DNA of 64,000 bases from an uncultured Chroococcidiopsis sp. (GCA_964248365.1 CAXTYC010000003.1:96001-160000); one strand, 5' to 3'; shown: positions 20,565-30,690, numbered from the stretch's first letter. Program-made: numbers and translations. The notes: generated from the sequence alone by a model not told the origin.

Positions 20565-23500
20565 GTTCTTAGCCCTTGAAATAGTAACTGCTCCCCAAAA
20601 TGGTCTAGTTGACAGGATGGAATACTATTGGCTCTAGCTTGCGCGATCGCTTGTTGGTTCTCGTTTTCCAAAACAATCCGTGCAGAGAGGCGAGACAATA
20701 AAGCTTCCCATTGAATCTCGCTTAGTTGACCTAGCAAGGAAAGTTCTGGTTCTTCGTTAACCTGCAAATCTTCTTCCATAAGCAGATTGACTGTTGCATC
20801 AGATAGCATTATGGCTGCATCTTCCTCAGCAATGCCGCTAGTATCAATTAGCAGGGTGATGTGATTTTTATCAGGATGTGTTGCGACTGTCTTAATTAAT
20901 TGTTGCAACTCCTCTACTAAAATCTCTTCTGATAGTGACCAATTTGGAAACACGATTAGGTTAGTATCTCGTAAATTTAAAGCTAGGAGTGTTGTTTCAA
21001 TATCTTCCAACCTATCTTTCATGTAAATAGTGAATAAATCTGCTGTCCAGAGCGGATTTTGCACTTGGAAGAAACTTTGAGTTTGACCCGACTCTTGAAA
21101 CCATTTTTGGGTCATCATGTAAGCGCTTTCAGACTCGCGCAATTCAGATATGTCGTTCCCGCCGTGACCAACAATAATTAGATCGTTTAGATCGAGACAT
21201 GAAGCCAATCTGTTTAAAACACTTTCGACTTCCTCTCCCGCACAGGTATGGTCTAAATAGAGAAAGACTGGTTTGAGCTGCGGCAACTGAAAAATCTCAT
21301 TTTCAACTTTAGAGAGGAATACTTCACTCGTAAAATTCCCAAACAGTAACCGATGCTCAACCTGGGGAACAGTAATGCGATCGCCTAAGCTAACTATGTA
21401 ACGGACAGCCTCAATCGCAACTCTTTTAACTTGTAGGTCACTTGCTGGTAAAGCAGACAACGTATCTAGCAGCCACCTACGTACGGTGCTATTACCTTGA
21501 CCAAAAATCATGACGAGTCCTGGCTTATACTCGCCAATTAATTCTTCCAAAATGTCTTTTTCATTATGGGAATAAGGCAATAATTCTCCTGCATAGCAAG
21601 ACCTCTTTCCTAAACGGCTTAACCCCAATAGATCGCGCCATCCCGTAGATAGTAGGCGCACAATTTCGGGGCGCTCCATCGCCATCGTGCCTTGAGGCCA
21701 GTATGTACTGCGGTTATGATACAGCCCGATAGTGCCATCGACACGCAATGCCTGAAGCGAGTTGTCGTTGCAAATTAGTTTCCAAGAGTCAGAACCGAAA
21801 TTGTCATCGTGGTGAAACTTGCCGAAGTGTTGGGCTTCCTGACGTGTTGGGAAAGATATTAATCTGTGAACGATCGCCTGGTTATAGCGGTCTACTTCTT
21901 CAAGCATTTTTGGGAAAACACAGAACTTGCTAAGAGCCGAAGTTTGCTCCTTCGCGCTAACAACCGATAGCCAGACCTCCTGAAAAGCCAGAATTCCTTG
22001 TTGGACAAGATGCTTACGCTCACACTCTTCTTCGCTAGCGTATAGAAGACCGAGTATGGGTTCGACTTCTCCGTTACTGTTAAGGCAATATCCTTCGCTA
22101 GAGCCGATACAGGCACTAATGGTTTGCTCAAGAATCTCTGGATAACGCATCAGGGACTCATTCAGCACACCCCTAGCTCCCAGATTACCGAGATAGGCTC
22201 GCACCTGACCCCCATTCAAGACAACGTTACACGCATTTTGAGCAGTGGCGAGATAACAACCCAGTATTCGGAGCGGGGAGCCTGCGTAATGCAAAATATT
22301 CAATAAGTTACGTTGAATCGTACAGCTCCACCCTAAATCTACGATACCAATTTGCCTGTGGTCTTCAACGAGTGACTCTAGGTAAGCCATCACTAATGCT
22401 CTTGCTGCTGCACTGCTAGCTTCAATCGTCTTCTTTGGCTCACCCTGGGTTAGGATACTCAATAGTTTCCTCACAACTTCTGGTGAGTTTAATTGCTCTT
22501 CGAGTTCTGCCTGCGTTAGTAACTCGCTAAGGTCGCTATGTTGAATGCCAAAACTTTCTAAAATTTCACCAACAGTTAAAGGAGAGCGCCGAGCTATACG
22601 TGGAAGTAGATTAAGCTGCGTGGCTTCGCCAATCGAGGCTAAATTTGTTGCTTGTCGGGAGGTGTAGAAAGGCACAATTTCTAAGTGAATTCCTTGAGCT
22701 GCTGCTGCGCGCTCTAGCATCTTGCCTATAAATTCGCCCTCACGCATCATTGCCAGAACACGTGTAACTCCTGCCTCTCGGAACTGCTGTACGCACCAGT
22801 CGGCAAAGCGCGCCATCATCGGTCCAAGTAGGAATGCACCGTAACGATAATAAGCTTTATCCTTACCAATATGACAATCCAAGCGTTGCACTAATACGCG
22901 CAACGAGTCGAGTCCAGATGAAAATGCGGACCAGGTTTCTACGATGCGGCGTTCGCGCTGTAGCACTTCGTCAATATATGGTGTGGTTCGGTAGTAATGA
23001 AATGCCTTGATGCCAACCTGTAAAGCAGCCTGATAGTCAGATTTCCAATTGTCGCCAAGATGAATCATCTCATTTGGCTGGATACCCAGTTGAGAAACAG
23101 CAACTTGAAATAAACCCCCGTTAACCTTTATTGCTCCAACATCACAAGAAGTCAGCAGTAAATCAATTTCGTTTGTATCGAAGCCATTAAACTGAAGAAT
23201 AGAGTGTAAAGCGTCTGTAGAGTAATAGGTGTCTGATAGAACGGCGATGCGTAGACCACGACTACGTATATACTTGAGTAGTTGAGTTGTGCAGGGATTT
23301 AGGTAGCAGCTTTCCTTTTCGATCTGTAGCTCAATTGCAGCAGCTTGATCTGGATCGGTAACTACGTGCTGTAAACAAGTGTAGATTTCTGTAAGCGAAA
23401 TCTCGATCTTTGATTTTGTGATAAATGCTAATTCCCGTGCATTCTTTTCGGCAGTGATGCGCAGGTTCTGGAACTCTTCATCAGTCACGGGCATCTTCAA

Positions 23501-23785
23501 TAAGCCCAAGTCTACTAGACGGCGACCCACCTCTACAAACAAAGCTACAGGCTCAGGACAAAGGCGCGCTACTAGCGTATCGAAGAAATCAAAAGAAACG
23601 CAGCGGTACTGCTCAGGGAATTTTTCTAGCTCTGTAGCAATGTCTAGCAAACATTCATCCCTTCTCCACATTCTTCCTGCATTTACATCAGCGTTCCAAA
23701 TGCGTTTTGACGAGTGCTGTAACGGGTTAGACATAGAGATAGACGGTGTAAGTTGTGTTTGTGATTCTACAAAAGAGTCTGGCAT
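20561..23785 (-). CDS. HAD phosphatase + PRT-like domain protein (putative ribofuranosyltransferase) plus conserved C-terminal domain
   Basis: SFDFFDTL, LSDTYY, HLGDNWKSD HAD motifs; MREG and IVDLGWSCTIQ second-domain motifs; C-terminal NLIVFPNWS domain. The HAD call is firm; the transferase call is inference. Confidence 0.7.
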   Translation of the reverse strand: MPDSFVESQTQLTPSISMSNPLQHSSKRIWNADVNAGRMWRRDECLLDIATELEKFPEQYRCVSFDFFDTLVARLCPEPVALFVEVGRRLVDLGLLKMPVTDEEFQNLRITAEKNARELAFITKSKIEISLTEIYTCLQHVVTDPDQAAAIELQIEKESCYLNPCTTQLLKYIRSRGLRIAVLSDTYYSTDALHSILQFNGFDTNEIDLLLTSCDVGAIKVNGGLFQVAVSQLGIQPNEMIHLGDNWKSDYQAALQVGIKAFHYYRTTPYIDEVLQRERRIVETWSAFSSGLDSLRVLVQRLDCHIGKDKAYYRYGAFLLGPMMARFADWCVQQFREAGVTRVLAMMREGEFIGKMLERAAAAQGIHLEIVPFYTSRQATNLASIGEATQLNLLPRIARRSPLTVGEILESFGIQHSDLSELLTQAELEEQLNSPEVVRKLLSILTQGEPKKTIEASSAAARALVMAYLESLVEDHRQIGIVDLGWSCTIQRNLLNILHYAGSPLRILGCYLATAQNACNVVLNGGQVRAYLGNLGARGVLNESLMRYPEILEQTISACIGSSEGYCLNSNGEVEPILGLLYASEEECERKHLVQQGILAFQEVWLSVVSAKEQTSALSKFCVFPKMLEEVDRYNQAIVHRLISFPTRQEAQHFGKFHHDDNFGSDSWKLICNDNSLQALRVDGTIGLYHNRSTYWPQGTMAMERPEIVRLLSTGWRDLLGLSRLGKRSCYAGELLPYSHNEKDILEELIGEYKPGLVMIFGQGNSTVRRWLLDTLSALPASDLQVKRVAIEAVRYIVSLGDRITVPQVEHRLLFGNFTSEVFLSKVENEIFQLPQLKPVFLYLDHTCAGEEVESVLNRLASCLDLNDLIIVGHGGNDISELRESESAYMMTQKWFQESGQTQSFFQVQNPLWTADLFTIYMKDRLEDIETTLLALNLRDTNLIVFPNWSLSEEILVEELQQLIKTVATHPDKNHITLLIDTSGIAEEDAAIMLSDATVNLLMEEDLQVNEEPELSLLGQLSEIQWEALLSRLSARIVLENENQQAIAQARANSIPSCQLDHFGEQLLFQGLRT

Positions 23786-24135
23786 AGCTAATCAAGCGTA
23801 CTATCTACTATACCTACCGCTCCAAAAACAGTAGAGCTAAGAAAGAATACAATTAAACCTGAAATAGTAATTCGTTGAATAGGTCTTTTGGACATAATGC
23901 TTTGTTATAGCTAAAACTTAATCACTAGTTATTAAAAAGGGATATTTTTAGGCTAACCATTTTTTAAGTTAGTAATCGAATTCAGCTAATTTTTTCCTAT
24001 AGTATTGTACCTTCACCATATTCAATAAACTTGCTATATTGATTATTAGTCCCGAATCAGTAACATAAAGTTATTTCAAGGTTTAGTATTTAAAGTAAAA
24101 TTTATAATTATCACGTGAATTATAATTTAGTAAAA

Positions 24136-24936
24136 ATGATTGCTTCATCTCGTCAAAACCTAAATCAATCAATAGGTACATTGGTAGTAGCACTGTTTTG
24201 TATAACAGCAATTGGAGCTTTGCAGTTGCCTCAATTGAATAAGTTAAAAAACAGTTCAAACTCTACATCACTTACAAATCTCAATAAAGAAGTAGAATCA
24301 GAAAAACTGCGACTTAATCTTCTGCATAAATTACCTAGTCTTGGTTTCACCAATTTAGTAGCGGATTGGACATTTCTTAATTTCCTTCAATACTTTGGTG
24401 ACGATGCAGCCCGTAATAAAACTGGCTATAGCCTTAGTCCAGAGTATTTTGAAGTCATTCTAGCTCGCGATCCATACTTTTTAAATGCTTATCTTTTCCT
24501 TTCTGCTAGTACAACTTTGTATGCAGGAATGCCGGATAGAACTATAGCAATAATGGAAAACCAGTTGCAGCATTTGTCTCCTAAAGTTCCATCTAAGTCA
24601 TATTACATCTGGCGTTGGAAGGGGGCTGACGAGTTGTTGTTCTTGGGTAATTCCAAAGCTGCCGAAAAATCTTTTGAAACAGCAGCGCAGTGGGCAAGTA
24701 CTTATTCTGATGCAGAAAGTCAAAACGTAGCAAGAATTTCTCAACAGACGGCTAAATTTTTGTCTAAGAATCCAGCAAGTAAATCAGCACAAATTGATGC
24801 TTGGTCAATGGTTTTAAATAATGCATTTGACGATCGCACCCGCAAGTTAGCAATTAATCGCATTCAAGCTTTAGGAGGTAAAGTGTTTGTTACACCTGAA
24901 GGTGAACTGAAAATTCAACCTCCCAACAAAGATTAA
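24136..24936 (+). CDS. conserved cyanobacterial pilin-locus protein (N-terminal TM, TPR-like)
   Basis: TM segment then LGFTNLVADWTFLNFLQYFGDD...TGYSLSPEYFEVIL.RDP; resembles hypothetical proteins encoded near cyanobacterial pilA. Confidence 0.7.
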   Translation: MIASSRQNLNQSIGTLVVALFCITAIGALQLPQLNKLKNSSNSTSLTNLNKEVESEKLRLNLLHKLPSLGFTNLVADWTFLNFLQYFGDDAARNKTGYSLSPEYFEVILARDPYFLNAYLFLSASTTLYAGMPDRTIAIMENQLQHLSPKVPSKSYYIWRWKGADELLFLGNSKAAEKSFETAAQWASTYSDAESQNVARISQQTAKFLSKNPASKSAQIDAWSMVLNNAFDDRTRKLAINRIQALGGKVFVTPEGELKIQPPNKD

Positions 24937-24937
24937 A

Positions 24938-25327
24938 TTAACGATCGCCCGTCCCCTTCTCTTGCTTCAACTGAGCCAACAGTGCTTTATACTCCTGATG
25001 ATTGGGATATAACCCGATCAGCTTCTGCAAAGGCTTCATTGCACCTTTGGTATCCTTCATCTGTAGCCTCATTTCTACTAATCCTTCCAGTGCTATCTGG
25101 TTTTCTGGCTCTTGCTTTAACACCACTTCATACTCATGTTCCTCTGCTTTGAGTTGAGATTGTCGTAATTGGTTTTGCGATGATGTAGGTGCTGCTGATG
25201 CAGTTTGATTCTGGGTAGGTTGCTTGAGCGCACTATTAACAGTGTTGATTGCGCCAAACAAAATCGAGCCACCAAATGAAACAACTGATACTACAACTGC
25301 AATTCGTTCAATAGGTCGTTTCGACAT
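24938..25327 (-). CDS. small TPR-containing membrane-anchored protein
   Basis: N-terminal hydrophobic segment; YEVVLKQEPENQIALEGLV TPR-like repeat. Confidence 0.75.
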   Translation of the reverse strand: MSKRPIERIAVVVSVVSFGGSILFGAINTVNSALKQPTQNQTASAAPTSSQNQLRQSQLKAEEHEYEVVLKQEPENQIALEGLVEMRLQMKDTKGAMKPLQKLIGLYPNHQEYKALLAQLKQEKGTGDR

Positions 25328-26035
25328 ACTGTTTTCTTATTCCTAGAATTAATGGGATCTCAAAGGGATATTTTTAAGCTACCCACTTCTTTTCATGTAG
25401 CGATCGCATTAATTCGATTTTCTTCACACAAGCCTCATCTAAGAAATTACAAGGCTATTTAAAGCTACTGCTATTAGATGGAGAAAGCGAAATTCTACTG
25501 AAACTTTAGTCCTATTTCTGAACTACTGCTGTTTCGCTTCAGTGAATGTACGGAAGGCAAAGATGATTGCTTCTTGCTTTTATATAAATTGGATGCGGTG
25601 CATAAGCGTAGCGAGAACGAGTAATCGCTCTTAGGGTAGAAATTACAGCAACCATGAGAACACCGAATATCCTTGTCACTCAAATCTAAAAATTTATTAT
25701 TTTAAGTTACAATAGTTATTGCAGTGCTACATGAACTGCTTTTCTATCTGACGAAAGCCAGTGTGCCAATTCGTCTCAATATTAAGGTATCATCTAAAGT
25801 AAATAACTTCATCGCTAACATTAACAACGTTTTCATTCAAATAGCAATCGATAGAGTAGGGATTTCCGTACTTGGGGCGATCGCCTATTAACTTGTCAAA
25901 ATCTCTGTGATAGAGTAAAAGAGTAAAGTGTTGCTTCCACACCGAAGAAAACTCCACGCATCGGTGTTAAATCAAAATTTGGAAGCATATCAGGTCAAGT
26001 ATTTACCAAACACAATCTGAATTTAATCGAAAATT

Positions 26036-26257
26036 ATGGCTCAGCCAGTTATGCACCCGATGGTGAAGTTCCAGCACCATGTACGTTCACTAGTAGAATC
26101 CAAAGTTATCAAGCCAAATGATAGTATCTGGAAGATTGCTTTACTTTTCGGCAATGAGTGGTCTTACTGGAAACAAGAACTATCAGACTTTGGCTTTACC
26201 ATGCAAGACCCTGTAGGTGATTTGCTAGCAGTTGAGGGTTGGGATGAGGAGGAGTAA
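26036..26257 (+). CDS. DUF4327-family protein
   Basis: HPMVKFQHHVRSLVESKVIKPNDSIWKIALLFGNEWSYWKQEL. Confidence 0.8.
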   Translation: MAQPVMHPMVKFQHHVRSLVESKVIKPNDSIWKIALLFGNEWSYWKQELSDFGFTMQDPVGDLLAVEGWDEEE

Positions 26258-26260
26258 CTC

Positions 26261-27571
26261 TTATTGACAAGCGCTTAAGGCTGCTGCAAGCTCAAGGGCA
26301 GTGGCATAGCGATCGCTGGGATGAGATTGTGTCACCCGCTCAATTACTTTCCTTAATTGAGGGGTGATAGTAGGAACGCTTTCAAGTGCAAATCGATAAC
26401 CCCTGTTGTATGGTCGATAAAACTTAAATGGCGCTTCGCCTGTGAGCAAAAAAATTAGAGTAGGTCCGATCGCATAAAGATCTGACTGAATAAGTGGCTG
26501 TCCTCTCTCTTGTTCGGGAGCGCAGTAACCTTCAGCACCAATCCGCGTAGCAAATGCTGTACCCGTTTCTTTGACAGCTCCAAAGTCTAGTACTACAATC
26601 CGGTTATCTACGGTTCGGAGCATCAAATTAGCGGGTTTAATATCACGGTGGATCAGCGGTGGCTCCCCGCTGTGGATGTAGTCTAAGACATTACAAGTTT
26701 GAAGCATCCAGGCGATCGCACGAGCTGGGGTACATGGTCCTTTTTGGTAAACGAGTTGTTCTAAATTTTGACCGTGAATCAGTTCCATCGCCAGGTATTT
26801 TTTGCCTGATTCCACGAAGAAATCGTAATACTTTGGAATTCCCGGATGGTGCAGCGTCTTAAGAGTATGCGCCTCTCGTTCAAATAGTTCTTGGGCTTTA
26901 GCAACTTTGGCTAGATCCGCATTCATTTCCTTCAACACCAATAGCTGCGGCTTATCTCCCCCAGCTAAATTCCCCCCGTGCAAGTTTCTGCTATTTGGAT
27001 TCCAAGCGAGGTAGGTAGTACCCATTCCCCCTTGTCCGAGTATGCGTAATACTTGATATTGCCTAATCGTTTGCAGCACACTAAGCGGTTGACCGCAGTG
27101 GATACAGAATAAATTCCCAGGAGAATTACCGCTATGAGTGCAAGCACCAGAGGCTAGAGGCGAGAGGCTGTTCTCCCCCTGCTCCACGCCAGTTTGCTCA
27201 ACGGGGGGAACCCCCGCACCTTTCTGGCTCCCCTGCTCCCCTACACTCGTCCCTCCTGCTTCTAGTAGAAACTTCAGGGTAGGTCCTCCCCTTGCTAGCT
27301 GAATCAGGGAATCATTATTGAGTAAGCTTTGAGACACCAATGTGCCATCAAGGAATGTTCCATTTGTCCCCTGATTCACTAGCTGCCAAGAATTACTCGG
27401 CGCGGTAGAATCTATACGCCGCAGTTCCAAATGATACCGCGAAACCAGGGGATTAGTTAGAATAACATCATTATCGGGAGCGCGACCAATCCGTATTAAG
27501 GATTTATCCTCAAACTGCCACTGTTGCAGTTGCCTCGTTTGTTGTGGATGTAATAAATACAACGTGACCAC
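26261..27571 (-). CDS. FHA-domain Ser/Thr protein kinase
   Basis: FHA (IGRAPDND, VSRYH, TNGT), zinc-ribbon CIHC, kinase LGQGGMG, HRDIKPAN, DFG. Confidence 0.93.
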   Translation of the reverse strand: MVTLYLLHPQQTRQLQQWQFEDKSLIRIGRAPDNDVILTNPLVSRYHLELRRIDSTAPSNSWQLVNQGTNGTFLDGTLVSQSLLNNDSLIQLARGGPTLKFLLEAGGTSVGEQGSQKGAGVPPVEQTGVEQGENSLSPLASGACTHSGNSPGNLFCIHCGQPLSVLQTIRQYQVLRILGQGGMGTTYLAWNPNSRNLHGGNLAGGDKPQLLVLKEMNADLAKVAKAQELFEREAHTLKTLHHPGIPKYYDFFVESGKKYLAMELIHGQNLEQLVYQKGPCTPARAIAWMLQTCNVLDYIHSGEPPLIHRDIKPANLMLRTVDNRIVVLDFGAVKETGTAFATRIGAEGYCAPEQERGQPLIQSDLYAIGPTLIFLLTGEAPFKFYRPYNRGYRFALESVPTITPQLRKVIERVTQSHPSDRYATALELAAALSACQ

Positions 27572-27575
27572 ACAA

Positions 27576-29600
27576 TTATTGCTCCAACTTTGGTCGCACT
27601 TTTAACCGAATTAATATAGCAGTGATGTTATCGTGTCCATTGTACTGATTTGCTAAATCAATTAATTCACTAACTCCACGCTGTAAGCTATTTCCTGAAG
27701 TGAGCAGTGGTTCGAGATGAGTTTGCCAATGATGCTCCAATAGACCATTATCTGACACACCATCAGATACTAATAATAGCAGCGTGTCTTCATTCAGTTC
27801 AAAAAACTGCACATCAGGATGAACATAATTTTCATCTCTAGGTCCCAAAGCTTGAGTGAGTTGATATGCATCGGGACGGGCATACGCAATTTCTGGTTCT
27901 ACTCCGCGCAAAATTTCTCGCTGACCCACTTCATGATCTAGAGTTACTTGTACTAGTCCTGGTTTGCGCGCAAGTCTGTAGAGGCGGCTATCTCCTACAT
28001 GAGCTACCGCTATTTGGTTATTATGGAGCAACACTAGTACCAAAGTAGTACCCATGCGCCCAACTCCAGAACGGGCATCTTGCTGATTAAGATCGTAGAT
28101 AGCTTGGTTGGCTAAAAATATTCCCTTGCGGATTACATCTTCAGTTGGTAGAGGTTGACTTGGTTGCCATTGGGTTTGAAAATATTGCTGGAGGGTTTTC
28201 ACGGCCAGATCGCTTGCTACTTCGCCGCCTGCGTGTCCACCCATACCATCGCAGAGGATATAAATACCTCGTGCTTCAAGCGTCCGGTTGTTAGGAAATT
28301 CAATTTTATCAATTGACGTGGCAATGCCAAAGCAGTCTTCATTATGATGGCGTTGGCGACCTACGTCTGTGCCGCCTGCTTCTTCTATATTGACTAAATG
28401 CATTGGCAGCACGAGGGTTGGTAATTCCTCGCTTCTCATTAGGTCTTGTGATTCATTCATTTGTATTACTGTAGGTGCGGCAGAGTTAATAGCAGAGTTA
28501 TTCAAAGTTACTCCAACTTCTGCCTGATTGACAGCTGCTTGTGATGCTGCATTTGATACAGACGGCAAGTTGGAGGTAGAAGTAATACCCACTTGCAATT
28601 CACTGACGATCGCTTCTAAGCGCGATCGCAGATCATCTGTTGTCTGAATATTACCTGCTTGTAAATCAGTCATCAGCTCAACTAAAGAGCCAAACTTGGT
28701 GCGTTGTGACTGGTGAAATAACCACTGCCACACTTGTCCCAAATCTTGTACTGTATAAGTTCTAGCTTCAGAATCGGCATACAAGCGTTGTAGCCCTAAC
28801 CTCCCTGCAAAATCAACTCGCAAATTAGACAACTCTAAAAGACTTTGGCGACAACCCCAAGGTGACAAAATTACCCAAAGTTGCACCATATCGTCAAACC
28901 ATTGCACAATCTGCAATGGTGTAGTTTGGTTATCGTGCCACAGGTGAATAAGTTCCCGCCAATCTGAACGATCTGCAATTAATAGCACTTGTTGGTTTCC
29001 CTGCTGCCAAGCATCATGGATGGTGGGTAACTTTTGTCCTAACGAAGATTGCAGAGCAATGTAAGTTTTGGCGATCGCGGGAATTGTCTGTGACATCATT
29101 AAATTTGCCCCCGCCTCCAGCAGTGATAGCTGGAATGGCTGAGTGTCCAGCACTCTTACTTGCGCTTCCTTGCGGGTGTCCCCTAATTCTAAGGGTTCTA
29201 GCAACTGATAGCGTTGCTGTGGGTCTAAATATGAGGGGCTTGGGGCTAGAGGCTGGGGGCTAGAGGAGGGGCTAGAGGCTGGGGGCTGGGGGCTGGGGAA
29301 CTCACTGTTAGTCTGCTCTTTGGTTTCCCTAGTCTCTAGTCTCAAGCCCCTAGTCTCTTCCCTAGTCCCTGCGCCGCCCCTAGCCCCTTCCCCCGTCTCT
29401 AGTCCCAACCCCCTAGCCTCTGTAATGATTGCCCACCAAACTGTTCCTGTCTTAGTACCACAGCTTGAACACTGTTGTTGATTTAAAGCTACATGAGTGT
29501 CACATTCTGGACAAACCTTGTAAGTCAAAGGAGTGCCACAGCCTTGACAAAACTTGTTGGTATTTGGGTTGGCAAACTGGCACTGGGGGCAAATCAGCAT
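27576..29600 (-). CDS. PP2C-family Ser/Thr phosphatase with N-terminal double zinc ribbon
   Basis: CPQC/CQGC/CPEC/CSSC; DVGRQRHHNED, CDGMGGH, HVGDSR, SDG, GHDNIT. Confidence 0.92.
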   Translation of the reverse strand: MLICPQCQFANPNTNKFCQGCGTPLTYKVCPECDTHVALNQQQCSSCGTKTGTVWWAIITEARGLGLETGEGARGGAGTREETRGLRLETRETKEQTNSEFPSPQPPASSPSSSPQPLAPSPSYLDPQQRYQLLEPLELGDTRKEAQVRVLDTQPFQLSLLEAGANLMMSQTIPAIAKTYIALQSSLGQKLPTIHDAWQQGNQQVLLIADRSDWRELIHLWHDNQTTPLQIVQWFDDMVQLWVILSPWGCRQSLLELSNLRVDFAGRLGLQRLYADSEARTYTVQDLGQVWQWLFHQSQRTKFGSLVELMTDLQAGNIQTTDDLRSRLEAIVSELQVGITSTSNLPSVSNAASQAAVNQAEVGVTLNNSAINSAAPTVIQMNESQDLMRSEELPTLVLPMHLVNIEEAGGTDVGRQRHHNEDCFGIATSIDKIEFPNNRTLEARGIYILCDGMGGHAGGEVASDLAVKTLQQYFQTQWQPSQPLPTEDVIRKGIFLANQAIYDLNQQDARSGVGRMGTTLVLVLLHNNQIAVAHVGDSRLYRLARKPGLVQVTLDHEVGQREILRGVEPEIAYARPDAYQLTQALGPRDENYVHPDVQFFELNEDTLLLLVSDGVSDNGLLEHHWQTHLEPLLTSGNSLQRGVSELIDLANQYNGHDNITAILIRLKVRPKLEQ

Positions 29601-29769
29601 CGTATAACTTCCTTTATTCCCTGGGAGCATTTCTAGCTCCTAAGACGGTAGAAAACTTGCTATGCATCCAAGTTGCCACAAGTTATTTTTTCTTGCCATG
29701 TAAAAAAGTGAACTGATGATAATTGCAGGATACAGCAAGGGTAGACCTATTGCACCTGTGATGGAAACA

Positions 29770-29848
29770 AAAAAATGGGGGAGGTTTCAAGCTTTGTGAT
29801 TAATCTCGTGGGTAGGAGAAATATCTAAATAAACCTCCCCCATTTTTT
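29770..29848. repeat. 18-bp perfect inverted repeat with 43-bp spacer
   Basis: AAAAAATGGGGGAGGTTT (29770-29787) and AAACCTCCCCCATTTTTT (29831-29848). Confidence 0.8.
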
Positions 29849-29926
29849 CTAATTTTATCTGTGACCAACCACATAGACAGGCGATCGCACAGTCTGGACT
29901 AACCACATATTTTATTCTATGATTGT

Positions 29927-30517
29927 TTAAGCACGCGTCAGTTTTAGCAGTAAATTTAGTTCATCACCAGTTAGATCGCGCCATTGTCCTGGTTGAAGTT
30001 CTCCTAATTTAAGGTGGGCGATCGCTACTCGCACTAAGCGCAATGTTGGAAACCCTACCTTTGCCGTCATTCGTCGCACCTGCCGATTTTTACCTTCAGT
30101 CAGGATAATCTCTAGCCATGCTGTTGGGACATTTTTCCGAAATCGAATCGGGGGATCTCTGGGCGGTAAGGCAACAAAGTTGAGCAACTGTACTTTTGCT
30201 CGTCGAGTACGATAATTATCAATTGTCACGCCTTTTTGCAGCAAGGCGATCGCAGCCGCGTCTGGAATTCTTTCTACTTGCGCCCAGTACGTGCGTGGAT
30301 GTTCAAACCGAGGATGAGACAGTCGGTATTGCAATTGCCCATGATTAGTCAACAGCATTAGTCCCTCACTATCCCAGTCCAAACGCCCCACCGGATAAAC
30401 TTCAGGAATCGATATATAATTTTTCAGTGTGCGTCGACCAGTTTCACTACTATCATCTGTAAACTGACTCAAAACGCCATAGGGTTTATAAAATAGAACG
30501 TATCGGTACTTGCCCAT
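29927..30517 (-). CDS. rluE: rRNA pseudouridine synthase (RsuA/RluE family)
   Basis: YKPYGVLSQF, VGRLDWDSEGL, EGKNRQVRRM, PTLRLVR. Confidence 0.9.
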   Translation of the reverse strand: MGKYRYVLFYKPYGVLSQFTDDSSETGRRTLKNYISIPEVYPVGRLDWDSEGLMLLTNHGQLQYRLSHPRFEHPRTYWAQVERIPDAAAIALLQKGVTIDNYRTRRAKVQLLNFVALPPRDPPIRFRKNVPTAWLEIILTEGKNRQVRRMTAKVGFPTLRLVRVAIAHLKLGELQPGQWRDLTGDELNLLLKLTRA

Positions 30518-30519
30518 CT

Positions 30520-30690
30520 GTTAGCTGTTAGCTGTTAAAAGAAAAGGGAAAAGGGAAAAGGGTAAAGGGTAAAGGGTAAAGGTAATTTCTCCCCCAGATC
30601 CCCTTTGCTTCTTTGCAGGCATCTTGCCTGCGCTACCCCAGTTCCCCCACTCCCTAGCCCCTAGCCCCTAGCCCCTAGCCCCTAGCCCCT
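30520..30690. repeat. STRR-like tandem repeats (CTGTTAG, GGGAAAA/GGGTAAA, CCTAGCC x5)
   Basis: Seen directly; the CCTAGCC array supplies the stop codon of the DUF1824 gene. Confidence 0.8.
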
